A stretch of DNA of 63,463 nt, filler included, from an uncultured virus (IMG/VR IMGVR_UViG_2049941000_000142) (Duplodnaviria; Heunggongvirae; Uroviricota; Caudoviricetes). It is 13 parts of one record of this genome, joined end to end, with 100 filler letters (N's around TTAATTAATTAA, not from the genome) between each part and the next. Parts side by side here need not be neighbours in the genome. Positions count along the whole stretch, not along the records: positions 1 to 1,251 come from IMGVR_UViG_2049941000_000142; positions 1,352 to 2,275 come from IMGVR_UViG_2049941000_000142; positions 2,376 to 7,510 come from IMGVR_UViG_2049941000_000142; positions 7,611 to 8,334 come from IMGVR_UViG_2049941000_000142; positions 8,435 to 11,144 come from IMGVR_UViG_2049941000_000142; positions 11,245 to 11,710 come from IMGVR_UViG_2049941000_000142; 7 more parts are not named here. One strand, given 5' to 3'. The position numbers and the translations under genes were made by a program. The notes under the pieces are model-generated. The model was not told the origin of the DNA. It worked only from the letters and a program-made list of their open reading frames with translations, and ran no database searches. Shown here piece after piece: positions 1 to 11,810 of the stretch (position 1 is its first letter; each line of letters begins with the position of its first letter).

Positions 1-1251
1 AATAATGTGAGACACCTGTGATTCCGCTCGTGCCGTTTACATTCATAACGAAGTCATCGCTGTCGAGAGTCTTCCTCGTATGATGGACAAGAAAAATACC
101 GACTTTCTTCTTGGTAACCCACTGCTTCAGAATAGAGAGTTCCTTATAGTCATGCTCATACGCACCCTCATTCCTCTGTGCTGTTCCTCTGATCCGGACA
201 AAGGTATCAACGATAATAAGCCGGATGTCAGGATACGTTTCCACATAGGAATCAAGCTGCTCTGTAAAACCCTGCTGAAGAGTGAGCGCTTCATGCACAT
301 GATAGAAGTTCGAAAGATCTCCCCGGTCTTTAATGATCGGCCCCATACGATCCTTTAAGTTGGCGTCAATATCTTCAAGCGAGATATAAAGGACACCATT
401 CTTATTTGTTGGCAGATTCAGAAACTTAGTTCCGGTTGCCACAGAGATAGCGAGATCAAGAACAAAGAAACTTTTGCCGTACTTCGGAGGGGAGTACAAC
501 ACCCCAAGACCTACCGGAAGAATACCCGGAATAATAAATTCCAGAGGGGCAATGTGTCTAGCCATTAATTCATCTCCGTTTTCTAACCATACTTTCTTTT
601 TATTACCAGCACCGAGATCCTTGAAGTCCATCTTCGCATCTCTTGAAGCGAAGGGGATAGGATCGCCAGCCGGATATCTGAGAACGGAATGGATGGTATT
701 CCGCAGTTCAAACTCAGGGAGTGGCGGAACGCAGTAGCGATCATTGAATAGTCTGCCAACATTATACAGGGCATCCTCATCAAAGCCAAACCACTCTCGC
801 TGCTTTGCAAGATAATTGAATAAGGACTTATTCCGTCCGCCCTCTTCAATAGCATAGAGTTCTCCGTCAGTATAAGTTCCGGATACGAGTTTCCCTCTCG
901 GCTCTTCCGGCTCTACGTTATTAAGATCTACACCCTCAAGAAGAACATCCGGATCTATCACATCTCCGGCTATGTTCCANNNNNNNNNNACTCCGCTCCT
1001 GTGCATATGGACGGCCAGAACATCAGACGCTCCGGCTGATCTGTGGTGTCGTCTACTGTGTTCGAACCAACCCACGGAATAACTATATTCACAAGTGCTT
1101 TGTACTCTTCAGCACTTACCGGACGAGACAAGGGGAACAGCCACCGGAGACGGAGCTGCTCGTCTGTACTTGTGTGTGTAGTGTGGATGAACACAGCATT
1201 GTCATACAGGCAGGAGTAATTATCGATGTCCTCTGCTGTTGCTTCGTCATC
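1..1251 (-). CDS. Phage primase-helicase (primase-like N-terminus plus RecA/AAA_25-type helicase); truncated at window start and by gaps
   Basis: Manual - strand translation of 1-979 is open: Walker A YSPPKYGKS, VLYISLED, Walker B LIIVDTF, IFLVHHTRK. Segment 990-1251 has HTTHTS..RLRWLFPLSRPV..D.TTDQPERLMFWPS, typical of phage primase N-termini. Confidence 0.8.
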
Positions 1252-1351
1252 NNNNNNNNNNNNNNNNNNNNNNNNNNNNNNNNNNNNNNNNNNNNTTAAT
1301 TAATTAANNNNNNNNNNNNNNNNNNNNNNNNNNNNNNNNNNNNNNNNNNNN

Positions 1352-2139
1352 CCGTATCCGGCTGAAGCCGGATGGCAGAGCAGCATCTGAATCTCTCCGT
1401 TGTTCCACCGATCAATATCATTCGGCCCCTTAAGAAGAACAGCGTCTTTGAATCTGTCACGTATCCTGTCGAGGTCATGCTTATAACAATAGAACACAAG
1501 GACAGGCTGTCCGTTCGATGTATCAACGATGTCCTCAAGAGCATCAAGCTTCCGGTCATGCAGATGAAACACGCCGTCCTTGTCATCGTACACCGATCCG
1601 TTCGCCATCTGCAACAGCTTACCGGACAGCACAGCTGCCGTATCAGCTACAATGGCTGACTGCATATCGCCGATAGCTACTACCGAGTTCTGAAAAATGG
1701 GAAGCACTTTCTCTTTCTTGAATTCCTCGTACACCTCTCGCTCGTCCTCGGACATATAGACAGTTACCTTATTNNNNNNNNNNNNNNNNNNNNNNNNNNN
1801 NNNNNNNNNNNNNNNNNNNNNNNNNNNNNNNNNNNNNNNNNNNNNNNNNNNNNNNNTCAAACGGCCACTTTCCATTGAGATACTCGACAAGCCATTGCGT
1901 ATTCTCTCTGTTGATAACATAGATGTCAGCATCATTCTCCAACGCTGCTTTCCTCTGCTTCAGGTTGCCAAGTACTTTGGATATCCGTAAATCTTTTAAG
2001 TGATCCCACTTGGCGGCTTCCCTCGACCAGGTGTCTTCAGCAACACGCTTCGGAGCGATCACCAGAACTTTGTCAATAAAGAAGTCATGAAGTAATTCCT
2101 TCGCAACTGTCAGTGCAGTAACTGTCTTGCCGAGACCCA
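1352..2139 (-). CDS. SNF2-family phage helicase (fragments)
   Basis: GLGKTVTAL, KVLVIAPKRVAEDTW, IYVINRENTQWL, KLLQMANGSVY, MLLCHPASAG motifs. Confidence 0.85.
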
Positions 2140-2375
2140 NNNNNNNNNNCACGCTCTTCCCATATAGGATGCTCACACTTCTGTAAAGCATCGCATTGTC
2201 TTCCAAGACATCCGCGCCTTTTAAGCTGTGCCGGAGTAAGCGAAAGATGACTTCATCGAGGAAATGCACAATGGTNNNNNNNNNNNNNNNNNNNNNNNNN
2301 NNNNNNNNNNNNNNNNNNNTTAATTAATTAANNNNNNNNNNNNNNNNNNNNNNNNNNNNNNNNNNNNNNNNNNNN

Positions 2376-3280
2376 CCGCGGACAAGCTTGTAGCCTTTCC
2401 ATTTCTTTCCCTGCATCGCCTGGTTATAGCAATACTCACGAACATTCTTTATCCACTTCTCTGCGGTATCGAGGAAGGGAAGTAGTTCTGCAACTTTCGC
2501 ATCGGATAAGATGTCCGGACTATCGAACATATTGCCAATAACATTTAATGAGGTAAGAACATTCTCCCTGCAAATAGCTTTCACATTACAGAACTTGCAA
2601 TGCTCACCAGCTTTAAACTCACCCTCACCACGCCACGCCTTTTGTGCGGCGGGTTTGATAACTTCATCTGCCCAGCAAAGCAGATCGTTCACGTACATTA
2701 TGTCTTCCGAAACAGAGTCGAGTCTCGGCTGACAGATAATCATCTTTACCTGTTGAAAACTGTACAGACTATGGAACGCATCATACGCTCCGAGTGCATA
2801 GAGACGAAGCTGATAGTTATCTTCGGCGGATACAGGTACGCCTTTGCCAAACTTCATATCGACAACGATCAGTCCGGCATCTGACACAATCACAGCGTCG
2901 CTTGTGCCGAAACACTCTGGCACCCACTCTGACAGATCGAGTTGCTGTTCTATAAATAATTGTGTGGCCGGATCTACCCGACGCATCGAGTAGTACTCAG
3001 TAAGAACACAATCCACATAATCATCTGTAAAGCGATCAATCTCAGGAGTAATGCCGTCAATCGCTGCAACCTGGACTTTGAAGTTGAATTCATTTATCTC
3101 ACCCAATTCTTTCCGGAGTTTCAATTCGGCAAGGCTGTGAGCTCGTGTTCCTTCTTCAGCATACACGCTTGATTTGTCGCCAAACATATCACGATACTTC
3201 TGACACAGCCTGCCGGACGGCGGACACATAACCCACCTGCGCGCGGCAGAGGGGGATAAAGTCGCATGGATGCTAGGCAT
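2376..3280 (-). CDS. DUF2800 PD-(D/E)XK (Cas4-like) nuclease, 3' end in gap
   Basis: HATLSPSAARRW..CPPS, AEEGTRAH, FGTSD..VVDMKFGKG, QLRLYALG, GEHCKFCNVKAIC. Confidence 0.88.
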
Positions 3281-3744
3281 TTAAATAACCTCTCCTAAAC
3301 TATTGACATAGGCATAGGCTCTTCCGTTAAGTACATTACCAATAGCGCCTTTAACAACGCCATACATCTTNNNNNNNNNNCGCTTCAGAGTAAGACTCCT
3401 CTGTCTCCGGCTCTTCAGGAGTATCTGGTTCTGCTTCCGATTCTTTAGGAGTATCCGGTTCTGCTTCCGGTTCTTCCGGCTCTACCTTCTTGAACTTCGG
3501 ACGGATAATCCCCGGCTCTTCTCCGGCATCCGCTGTTGGGGGATCGTCAAACGTGATGCCTTTCGCCGTATAGTACTTCGCAAACAGATTCCAAATATCA
3601 GGGAACTGTGTTGCTGCACAGGAGAATCTTTCTATGTTCTCAAGAAGCTGTGCATAGGCTCTACTTCTGGGGTCTGTCTGATTGATCGTCGCAACCAAAC
3701 GAACGAATTCCAGGGCGATAAAATCTTCACACGACATTGGCACG

Positions 3745-5160
3745 TTAATTGTCTCTGCCATAACTGTAGTTACCTCTCCTTATAAATGTTTCAAAATCTC
3801 CCTCGACACCGAGGTCTTCATCACCGAAGTGCTTACGTGTTACAGCCATTGGGAACTCCTCAATCTCCGACTCCCACCGACAGGCATCCGCTCCGTTGTG
3901 CATTGCCCAACAGTATTCGAACCCACCTATGCCGGAGAACAGAGACCCCAATGTGTACGTTGGCTGCACTCCCATCCACTCATCAGTTTCGTGCAACTCC
4001 TGTGTAATGTTTCCAAGGAGTTTAAACCAAAAAGGAATTGCGATACTGTTACCGAGCGACTTNNNNNNNNNNATAGCCATCACCCTTGTGGCTTGGTCTG
4101 TAGCCGTTACCCTCGATTGCCACCGTCAAGGGCGGCTTGTCGCAAAAGGGCAGCCTTCAGAATCTCCGGAAGTTCCTTGCCCCGTCTCTCCGCTCTGTTC
4201 AGAATCCCCTGGCAGGCTTTCGGACTCAAGGCATACTTGCTCAGATCCGCATCCGGCTGGAGTATAGCAGAGAGACAGCACCTTATAGGCTGCCATGCCC
4301 CCATAGTCGCAGACCAGAGAGACTCTCTTTCTTCTTTGTGGAACGCCGTGGAACTGGGCATCATGTACCGTCCATGCAANNNNNNNNNNTGAGAGTCAGA
4401 CAGTACAGTAGGGGAGACATCCTCTGTAAATACGGCATTCCCTTTACCGCCTTGCTGATCTATCCCATAGCACACAACCTGATTGCTGTTTGCATTCCAT
4501 CCACCGGATGATTTAGCCTGAAGTGTTCCGTTGATCTCCTCGTCAAGCTCTCCGTTTCGGATGTCTGCTCCGTAACACACGGACATCTGATTGTCTCCGG
4601 CTTTCGCTCTGAGCGATCCGCTTATGTTATCGCCATAGATATGACCGCCTACCCTGGATGCCGCCCCCGGCTCAAGAGCGAGGACATAGGACTCGCCCCC
4701 ACCATACCGACACTCGCCGGAGTAAAGGGTCTCGGCTATTCCGTTCTCCGGCTGAATGTGTTTGCTCTGTACATCCCACGGATTGTAGCACACACCATGC
4801 TGTTCAACATGATTCAATGTATAGGATACATCTGATACGGAATAGCNNNNNNNNNNGCCAAGGAGTTTAAACCAAAAAGGAATTGCGATACTGTTACCGA
4901 GCGACTTATATTTTGCGGACGAGGAATCCTTATGAACCTTACCCTTGCTGTCCGTCCACTCACCGATGTCTACCCAGCTTACAATCTTTCCATCGACTTC
5001 CTTTTCCGGAAACCCCTGCAGACGATTGCACTCCAACGGCGTGAGTCTTCGTACTATATATTCTTTATCTTCCATTCCATTACTCTCTCTATAGCAGGAT
5101 ATAAACCGCTTATCACATCCTGATGGGTTAGCTTCTCCGGATATCCTCTCGCACATAATG
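3745..5160 (-). CDS. DNA (cytosine-5) methyltransferase, shuffled fragments
   Basis: VRRLTPLECNRLQGFP (motif IX), KSLGNSIA (motif X), TLGSLFSGIGGF and WESEIEEF (motifs I/II), LSKYALSPKACQGILNRA, plus TL/SL-type target-recognition repeats. Confidence 0.8.
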
Positions 5161-5171
5161 TACCGACAACA

Positions 5172-7462
5172 TCATTCATGGTACTTCAAAAGGAACTCCG
5201 GATCGACAGCTTTGAAGCTGTGCTTACCATCGAGACTCCGGCAGACAAGTCCTTCACGGATAGTGTTGCCTATCTGAGAGGGGCCGTGTGCGATCTCAAG
5301 CATCTTCTCCATAGTTCTAGGTATGCTTCCGAGTCCGACTATCGGCACCCACTTCAGACCTGCTTCTCCGGCTATTCGCTTTCCGTCTCCGCTCGGCCAC
5401 CGNNNNNNNNNNGTCCTCTTCATCAGCTTCTTCAGCCTTACTCTCCTGCTCTTTAGTCTGTCCGGCAAGGGCGGCAAGGGTCTCCTCGTCATCGAGTTCG
5501 ATCTCTTTCCTCTCGACAACAGCTTTGACAAAACGGAGAGAAGCACGACGAGTTCCATAGAGTTCGCAGAGTTTGTCAACAGCTTCTTCTGGGGCAACGA
5601 AACTCGGAGTAACAGTAATGCCCTCGACATCGCCGTATCTGGTATCGCACTTCACCTCGATGAACGGAGACATAATGATGTTCTCCGGCAGACGGAACAG
5701 ATAAAGCTGACTGCATTTAGGATGTTTAACAACGACGAAATTCATAATCATTTCTCCTTAATTAATTTTTTATAATCATCACAAGCGGTACATTGTTTCC
5801 GCCTGTGCCACAACGGGAAGTTAGGGATTGGACTATACCATCCTCTCTGATTGTTATCCGGCTATCATTGGGATGGTTGTCAAGACAGACCGGATCGTAC
5901 TGATGCGCAATCTCAATCAGGCATTTAGGAGTTTCANNNNNNNNNNGAAGTTGAACACATACAGATCCGGCTCTGTCAGTTTATACTTGTTGCCCTGAAT
6001 ACCAGGACCGACACACTCGCCCTGGATAGCTACCCATTCAAGATTGTAAGTCCTTGCTATCTTCAGCAACGCATCCTCGATATTATATCTGTCGGATACT
6101 TTCCAATAGCTTGACTCATCCTTGTTGAACAGACGGACATTCCTTGAGCAGACGATGTACTCATACCTCTTGCCGAACAGCCGGTGTGTTTTCTTCACGG
6201 CAAATGTTCCGCTCTGTCCGTCAAGCTTCTCCGTCAACAGCCAAGGTATATCCATATCAAGATAGAACGGAGCATTCTGAATCCTCGTCTCGTCTGTCTT
6301 CGAAATGAAATCCGGAAANNNNNNNNNNNNNNNNNNNNNNNNNNNNNNNNNNNNNNNNNNNNNNNNNNNNNNNNNNNNNNNNNNNNNNNNNNNNNNNNNN
6401 NNNNNNNNNNNNNNNNNNNNNNNNNNNNNNNNNNNNNNNNNNNNNNNNNNNNNNNNNNNNNNNNNNNNNNNNNNNNNNNNNNNNNNNNNNNNNNNNNNNN
6501 NNNNNNNNNNNNNNNNNNNNNNNNNNNNNNNNNNNNNNNNNNNNNNNNNNNNNNNNNNNNNNNNNNNNNNNNNNNNNNNNNNNNNNNNNNNNNNNNNNNN
6601 NNNNNNNNNNNNNNNNNNNNNNNNNNNNNNNNNNNNNNNNNNNNNNNNNNNNNNNNNNNNNNNNNNNNNNNNNNNNNNNNNNNNNNNNNNNNNNNNNNNN
6701 NNNNNNNNNNNNNNNNNNNNNNNNNNNNNNNNNNNNNNNNNNNNNNNNNNNNNNNNNNNNNNNNNNNNNNNNNNNNNNNNNNNNNNNNNNNNNNNNNNNN
6801 NNNNNNNNNNNNNNNNNNNNNNNNNNNNNNNNNNNNNNNNNNNNNNNNNNNNNNNNNNNNNNNNNNNNNNNNNNNNNNNNNNNNNNNNNNNNNNNNNNNN
6901 NNNNNNNNNNNNNNNNNNNNNNNNNNNNNNNNNNNNNNNNNNNNNNNNNNNNNNNNNNNNNNNNNNNNNNNNNNNNNNNNNNNNNNNNNNNNNNNNNNNN
7001 NNNNNNNNNNNNNNNNNNNNNNNNNNNNNNNNNNNNNNNNNNNNNNNNNNNNNNNNNNNNNNNNNNNNNNNNNNNNNNNNNNNNNNNNNNNNNNNNNNNN
7101 NNNNNNNNNNNNNNNNNNNNNNNNNNNNNNNNNNNNNNNNNNNNNNNNNNNNNNNNNNNNNNNNNNNNNNNNNNNNNNNNNNATACCTGCCCGGCAGGTA
7201 GAATGCTGAGAGGGAAGCAGATGCCCTGGGATATACAGCCAGCCATTTTCATTGTCCGGATGTGGCGATCCTTAAGAAAGGAACACCACTCCGCATCCGG
7301 CAGAAGCGAGTCGATCTCGCAGAACACACACAGATCGCCCGGTTTGAACTCGGACTTCTGTACGATGACAGTCCATCCGTCAATCGTGGCAAGACCTATG
7401 CGGTCTTTGTTAGGTATATCCGAGACAGTAGCAATGCGTTTGATCGTCGCAAGCTGTCTCAT
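5172..7462 (-). CDS. ATP-dependent RNA ligase, DRB0094-like, in three pieces (7184-7462, 5947-6317, 5172-5402) with unrelated contigs interleaved
   Basis: N-terminus MRQLATIKRI..CVFCEIDSLLP, KTDETRIQN, motif I TEKLDGQS, IQGECVGPGIQGN, YVFN, REGLVCRS, SFKAV. Confidence 0.85.
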
Positions 7463-7610
7463 TTTTTCTCCTCTTTATCTCCGAATACATGAACAAGCAT
7501 ATGACCAAGGNNNNNNNNNNNNNNNNNNNNNNNNNNNNNNNNNNNNNNNNNNNNTTAATTAATTAANNNNNNNNNNNNNNNNNNNNNNNNNNNNNNNNNN
7601 NNNNNNNNNN

Positions 7611-7805
7611 GGTTATGATATCCTTAAACGGATGTCGGCTGCCTACGATGTGGACTATGATGTTCTGTTAAAGCAGACAGGGGATTGGATCGACGAGGAA
7701 ACCATGCTTGATAAGCCGAGGAGAGTTCTGCTTCAGACTATCTCTGATGCTTCCGAAGAAGAAGTAAACCGGATCATCAGAGTGATAGAAGCAATGCGGA
7801 GTTAA
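7611..7805 (+). CDS. Probable C-terminal part of an XRE-family repressor
   Basis: GYDILKRMSAAYDVDYDVLL matches the last HTH_3 helices and plausibly continues the fragment at 8891-8998. Confidence 0.5.
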   Translation, partial: GYDILKRMSAAYDVDYDVLLKQTGDWIDEETMLDKPRRVLLQTISDASEEEVNRIIRVIEAMRS

Positions 7806-7963
7806 ACGATATCTGCGCCTTTGAACCATGAGGTGAACAGTTCGCCCGGAGAGTATATGCTTTACAATCTGATGGAAGAATTCGGAGATATTGATTCTAA
7901 CGACAAAGCTATGGTTTCTCTCCCTGTCTGCTGTTAAACATTATATCAGTTCATCAGAAGAAA

Positions 7964-8290
7964 TCAAGTGCAAGATTCTGCACACCCAGTCTCCTCTCTG
8001 ATGCGTTCCACAAGGGCATCAACATCTCTTCTGTTCCAGATCACTTCGACATTCTGACCATCATCACGCAGTTCTTTATGCCGGAGTTTCTGCACCATGC
8101 TCAGATGCCCGCTGTCTGTCTTCAGTTCTATCCATAATACCCTGCCGTCCGGAAGAGTGAGCAGCCTGTCCGGCATACCTATCCGGTTGTCCGGAATAAA
8201 CTTATAGGTATGAAGTCCTATGTCAGCCATCCGCTTCACAAGATAGGACTCAACTTCTTTCTCTCTGTTAAGCTTCCGGTATGTCATCAA
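7964..8290 (-). CDS. VRR-NUC domain nuclease
   Basis: EKEVESYL..GMPDRL..WIELKT..LSMVQ. Confidence 0.88.
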   Translation of the reverse strand: MMTYRKLNREKEVESYLVKRMADIGLHTYKFIPDNRIGMPDRLLTLPDGRVLWIELKTDSGHLSMVQKLRHKELRDDGQNVEVIWNRRDVDALVERIREETGCAESCT

Positions 8291-8890
8291 CCAGCCACCC
8301 TTCTCTCTTCAGCATCAGCAAGATCGTGCCGTCCNNNNNNNNNNNNNNNNNNNNNNNNNNNNNNNNNNNNNNNNNNNNTTAATTAATTAANNNNNNNNNN
8401 NNNNNNNNNNNNNNNNNNNNNNNNNNNNNNNNNNGGCACTCTTCCGCATCTCACGTACCCTGTTCTTCGGGAGATAGTCACGGCGGACTACCCTTGGACT
8501 ACTCTTCATCGAACCAGTCCCTCCCAAACAGTTCACGCTCCGGAAAATCTTTTCCGGTCTGCTCCCATAGCATCGCTTCAAGAAGCTTGTTCCAAAGCAG
8601 TACCATAAGATAAACGAACACACAGATGACCGCCAGGATTGAATAGATGTCTGCTCTCATTGTCATAACTCCTTTCATTAATGTTACATAATTGATCGTG
8701 CAGACTGTTGCAAAACAGGACATTGCGTAGGGGAATGATGCGCGAAAGTACTGTTCAGATCATAAGTTGTGCCGATGCTTTAAACCGCAACACTAATGAG
8801 GTATTAAAACGTGACACTAATTTGTAATCTGATGCTTTACTTTTGTAGCGTTTTGTGTTATTCTTTTTGTTACAAAAGGGGATGATAGCT

Positions 8891-8998
8891 GTGCAAAAAA
8901 AGTTCCAGGATATAATAAGGGATATCCGGAAAGCCAATCGCATGAGCCAGGAAGAAGCTGCGAAGCGGATGAAGATCGCACGAAGCACTCTCGCTTCC
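8891..8998 (+). CDS. XRE/Cro-CI HTH repressor, N-terminal fragment
   Basis: RBS AAAGGGGA, then GTG-QKKFQDIIRDIRKANRMSQEEAAKRMKIARSTLAS; runs into a gap. Confidence 0.7.
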
Positions 8999-9008
8999 NN
9001 NNNNNNNN

Positions 9009-9461
9009 ATCAAAATCCAAAATGGGTTATGTGAAAATGCCTGCAGCTTTGCACCCTGTGGGTAAAGTACGACATCATTTTTCAAAATGGGTTATGTGAA
9101 AATTCCTGCAGCTTTGCACCCTGGGTTGACATCAGACATCAAAATCCAAAATGGGTTATACATATCACCCTGCAGCTTGACACCCTAATCATGACATCAG
9201 ACATCAAAATCCAAAATGCGATATACATATCACCCTGCAGCTTGACACCCTGGCAACAGCACAAGGTATAGTATATAAAAACAACCAACCACTATATATT
9301 GGTATATATATGCTTTAAAACCCTATCTAGTACTATTTATAGTAGTGATGTCATTTTCTATAGGTATAGGGTGCAAGTATACATATTATACCTGTTTTGG
9401 ATTTTGATGTCTGATGTCATGCAACTGTACACACTATACCCATTTTGGATTTTGATGTCTG
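9009..9461. repeat. Four ~65-bp direct repeats, an AT-rich spacer, then two inverted copies (origin/operator-like)
   Basis: Core GACATCAAAATCCAAAATG..CCTGCAGCTT..CACCCT, with CAAAATG at 9018, 9083, 9147 and 9212. Reverse complement TTTTGGATTTTGATGTCTG at ~9395 and ~9443. Confidence 0.9.
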
Positions 9462-9471
9462 NNNNNNNNNN

Positions 9472-9688
9472 CTATATCAGAATAGGATTCAAATCGTGGT
9501 GGCGGAAAGAATGTACGCTGTCTGTTAACAAGGCTGTCATGGTCGGTAAGATCAGCAAGGGCAAGATCTCTCAGATAGATGTTCAGGTTCTTCTGTCCGG
9601 ACACACTCTTCAGCCTGTCAAGAACAAGCGGATGATAGGAATGAAACCGCAGACAGAATCGTTTGCTCGTTTTATTTTTTGATGTCAT
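9472..9688 (-). CDS. Small putative ribbon-helix-helix DNA-binding protein (partial)
   Basis: KRFCLRF..VLDRLKSV..NLNIYLRDLALADL pattern; RBS GGAG upstream. Confidence 0.4.
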
Positions 9689-10383
9689 GGTTAGTTCTCC
9701 TAAACTGCAACTAGTGATTTAACGCATTTCGAAAAATGATGTCACGTTTATCTTACTACGAATTGTCCGAAAACGCAACAGAAAATTTCAGATCATGACA
9801 NNNNNNNNNNAAGGCTTCCGGTCTTTCCGGTAATGAACTGTATCAGATCAGCGTCGGTCTCCGTATTCAGCCGGAAAGAAACTCNNNNNNNNNNATGTAT
9901 GCCCCTGTGGTAGGAATGTCGTACTCAAGTCGGACCGTGCATCCGCTCTTTCTTCTGTAATAACTGTAAGGCACCGGCGGTACTCTCCGCAACGGCATAC
10001 CCAGCAGAACATCTCTGCTGTCAGCGTACTGCCGGATCAGTTGCTGCACATAAGCCGGATCGAAGCCATTGAGTTCAAGCTGCGAGACAACAAGCGGATG
10101 CTCCGGAGGTATCCGTACATCGAAATGAACAACACGGATGCCCTTTTCCTTTTTACTCTTCCGCTTCTTTACTTTCGGCGGTCTGATTCTGTCCGGACAA
10201 TAGACAGCATCGGCAAGTTCATGCTCACCAAGATCATGGTAGACAAGGGAGCAGAAGTAGGAACTCAGACTCCCGGTCTTTCCGGTAAGGAACTGTATCA
10301 GATCAGCGTCGGTCTCCGTATTCAGCCGGAAAGAAACTCNNNNNNNNNNCTGATGTCATGCAACTCTCTGGGAAGATGCCTAG

Positions 10384-10707
10384 TCAGGATTCCTGGTCTT
10401 CAGCTAGGCTTTCCTCTGGGTAAATACCTAGGCTATTGTCCGTTACTGTCCGGATGAAATGCCTTGCTGCCATGTCTGAACGGATAAGGGATTTGATATA
10501 GCCTTGCTTGTTAGGGATGGTGGTGAGGAAGTCAAGTATATCCTGATCGGTGGTGTTGTTCAGCTTCACGTTCAACCTGGTTGTGTTCTCCTTGTCATAG
10601 ACAGCGTTGTATTTCTGGTGCTGTCTCTTCTTCTGTTCTTCTGTCTTGGTCTTCGGTCTGCTCATGCGGTAAGTAGTCCTTCCTATTCTCATAGTGATGC
10701 TCTCCAT
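10384..10707 (-). CDS. Arc/RHH-like DNA-binding protein
   Basis: KYNAVYDKENTTRLNVKLNNTTDQDILDFL..NKQGYIKSLIRSDM. Confidence 0.65.
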   Translation of the reverse strand: MESITMRIGRTTYRMSRPKTKTEEQKKRQHQKYNAVYDKENTTRLNVKLNNTTDQDILDFLTTIPNKQGYIKSLIRSDMAARHFIRTVTDNSLGIYPEESLAEDQES

Positions 10708-11429
10708 TCTATCACAAAATATTTTTTAGATCAATGCCGGGATGCCTGTGCCGAAATAGATTTCTCTACCTCGGCAAAGGAATCGGCAGCTTTCTCATTC
10801 AGCAGACGATCAGATGGTGACTGACTGATACGTGCTGATTCTTCTGCATGGACTTTAGCCATTGCAAGGGCATACCGGATAAGCAGTATGTCTTTCTGTG
10901 TGAGATCAACTGTCATGGCTGGTTCTCCTTTCTCTTACGATCGAGTTCAACTCTTTGCTGTTTGTTCCGGAGTTGTTCGACGATGCAGATGGCATAGTTG
11001 ATGGTGTCTCTTTCTTTCCGGAAAGAGGATGGTATATCCCACAGGATGTACTCAAGAGCAGAGACAACAAGCTGATAGGAGTCCGCCGGAATCTCTTTCA
11101 GTCCGTCTTCACGGTCGAGTCCTTTGGTGAAGAGTTCAGAAAAGNNNNNNNNNNNNNNNNNNNNNNNNNNNNNNNNNNNNNNNNNNNNTTAATTAATTAA
11201 NNNNNNNNNNNNNNNNNNNNNNNNNNNNNNNNNNNNNNNNNNNNTGGCGGATTGTTTGCCTACATTATTATACGCACCGCAAAAATTCGCTTTCATTGCC
11301 TAGGCAAAAACCAGGAAGTCATCACCGGACAGCAGAAAATAGCGAAAGAAAAACGAGAGGAAATCGGAAGCTGAAAACAATAACCTATAAACCTACCTAG
11401 TTGGTAGGTTAATGACTCGCAGCGTGACG

Positions 11430-11650
11430 GTCTGCTGACCGGACGATCTGCTGACCGGATGACCGGATGATCTGCTGACGATCCGCTGATGATCTGCTGA
11501 TGATCTGATGTTGCACAGATGTTGCACAAGCCGATGATCTGCTTTCGGTTTTCCTCTGTGATTCCGGCATAAGCTGACCACATAGGGCGTCGGTCTATCT
11601 GTCCGTCCGCCGATGCTCTGCTGACCGGAAGCTGTGCTGATCTGACCGCC
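11430..11650. repeat. Low-complexity GATCTGCTGA / CTGACCGGA short-repeat tract upstream of the terminase
   Basis: Many imperfect TCTGCTGA, TGACCGGA and TGATCTG units; GATGTTGCACA twice in tandem. Confidence 0.7.
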
Positions 11651-11810
11651 TGTGCTACCACCATAAACAGCAGACCGCAGAATTTTGATAGGTATTGCGG
11701 AGACCAGGATNNNNNNNNNNNNNNNNNNNNNNNNNNNNNNNNNNNNNNNNNNNNTTAATTAATTAANNNNNNNNNNNNNNNNNNNNNNNNNNNNNNNNNN
11801 NNNNNNNNNN

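Noticed and set aside
1296..1307. TTAATTAATTAA inside N runs, recurring about a dozen times
   Set aside because: Artificial six-frame-stop scaffold linker; gene order across these joins is not evidence.
9009..9252. Possible CRISPR array (65-bp period)
   Set aside because: The intervening sequences are themselves repeated rather than unique spacers, and there are no cas genes; DUF2800 is a routine phage nuclease.
9811..9884. Duplicate of ~10273-10339; also 4015-4062 duplicates ~4858-4905
   Set aside because: Gap-bounded contig overlaps or allelic variants, not genuine repeats.
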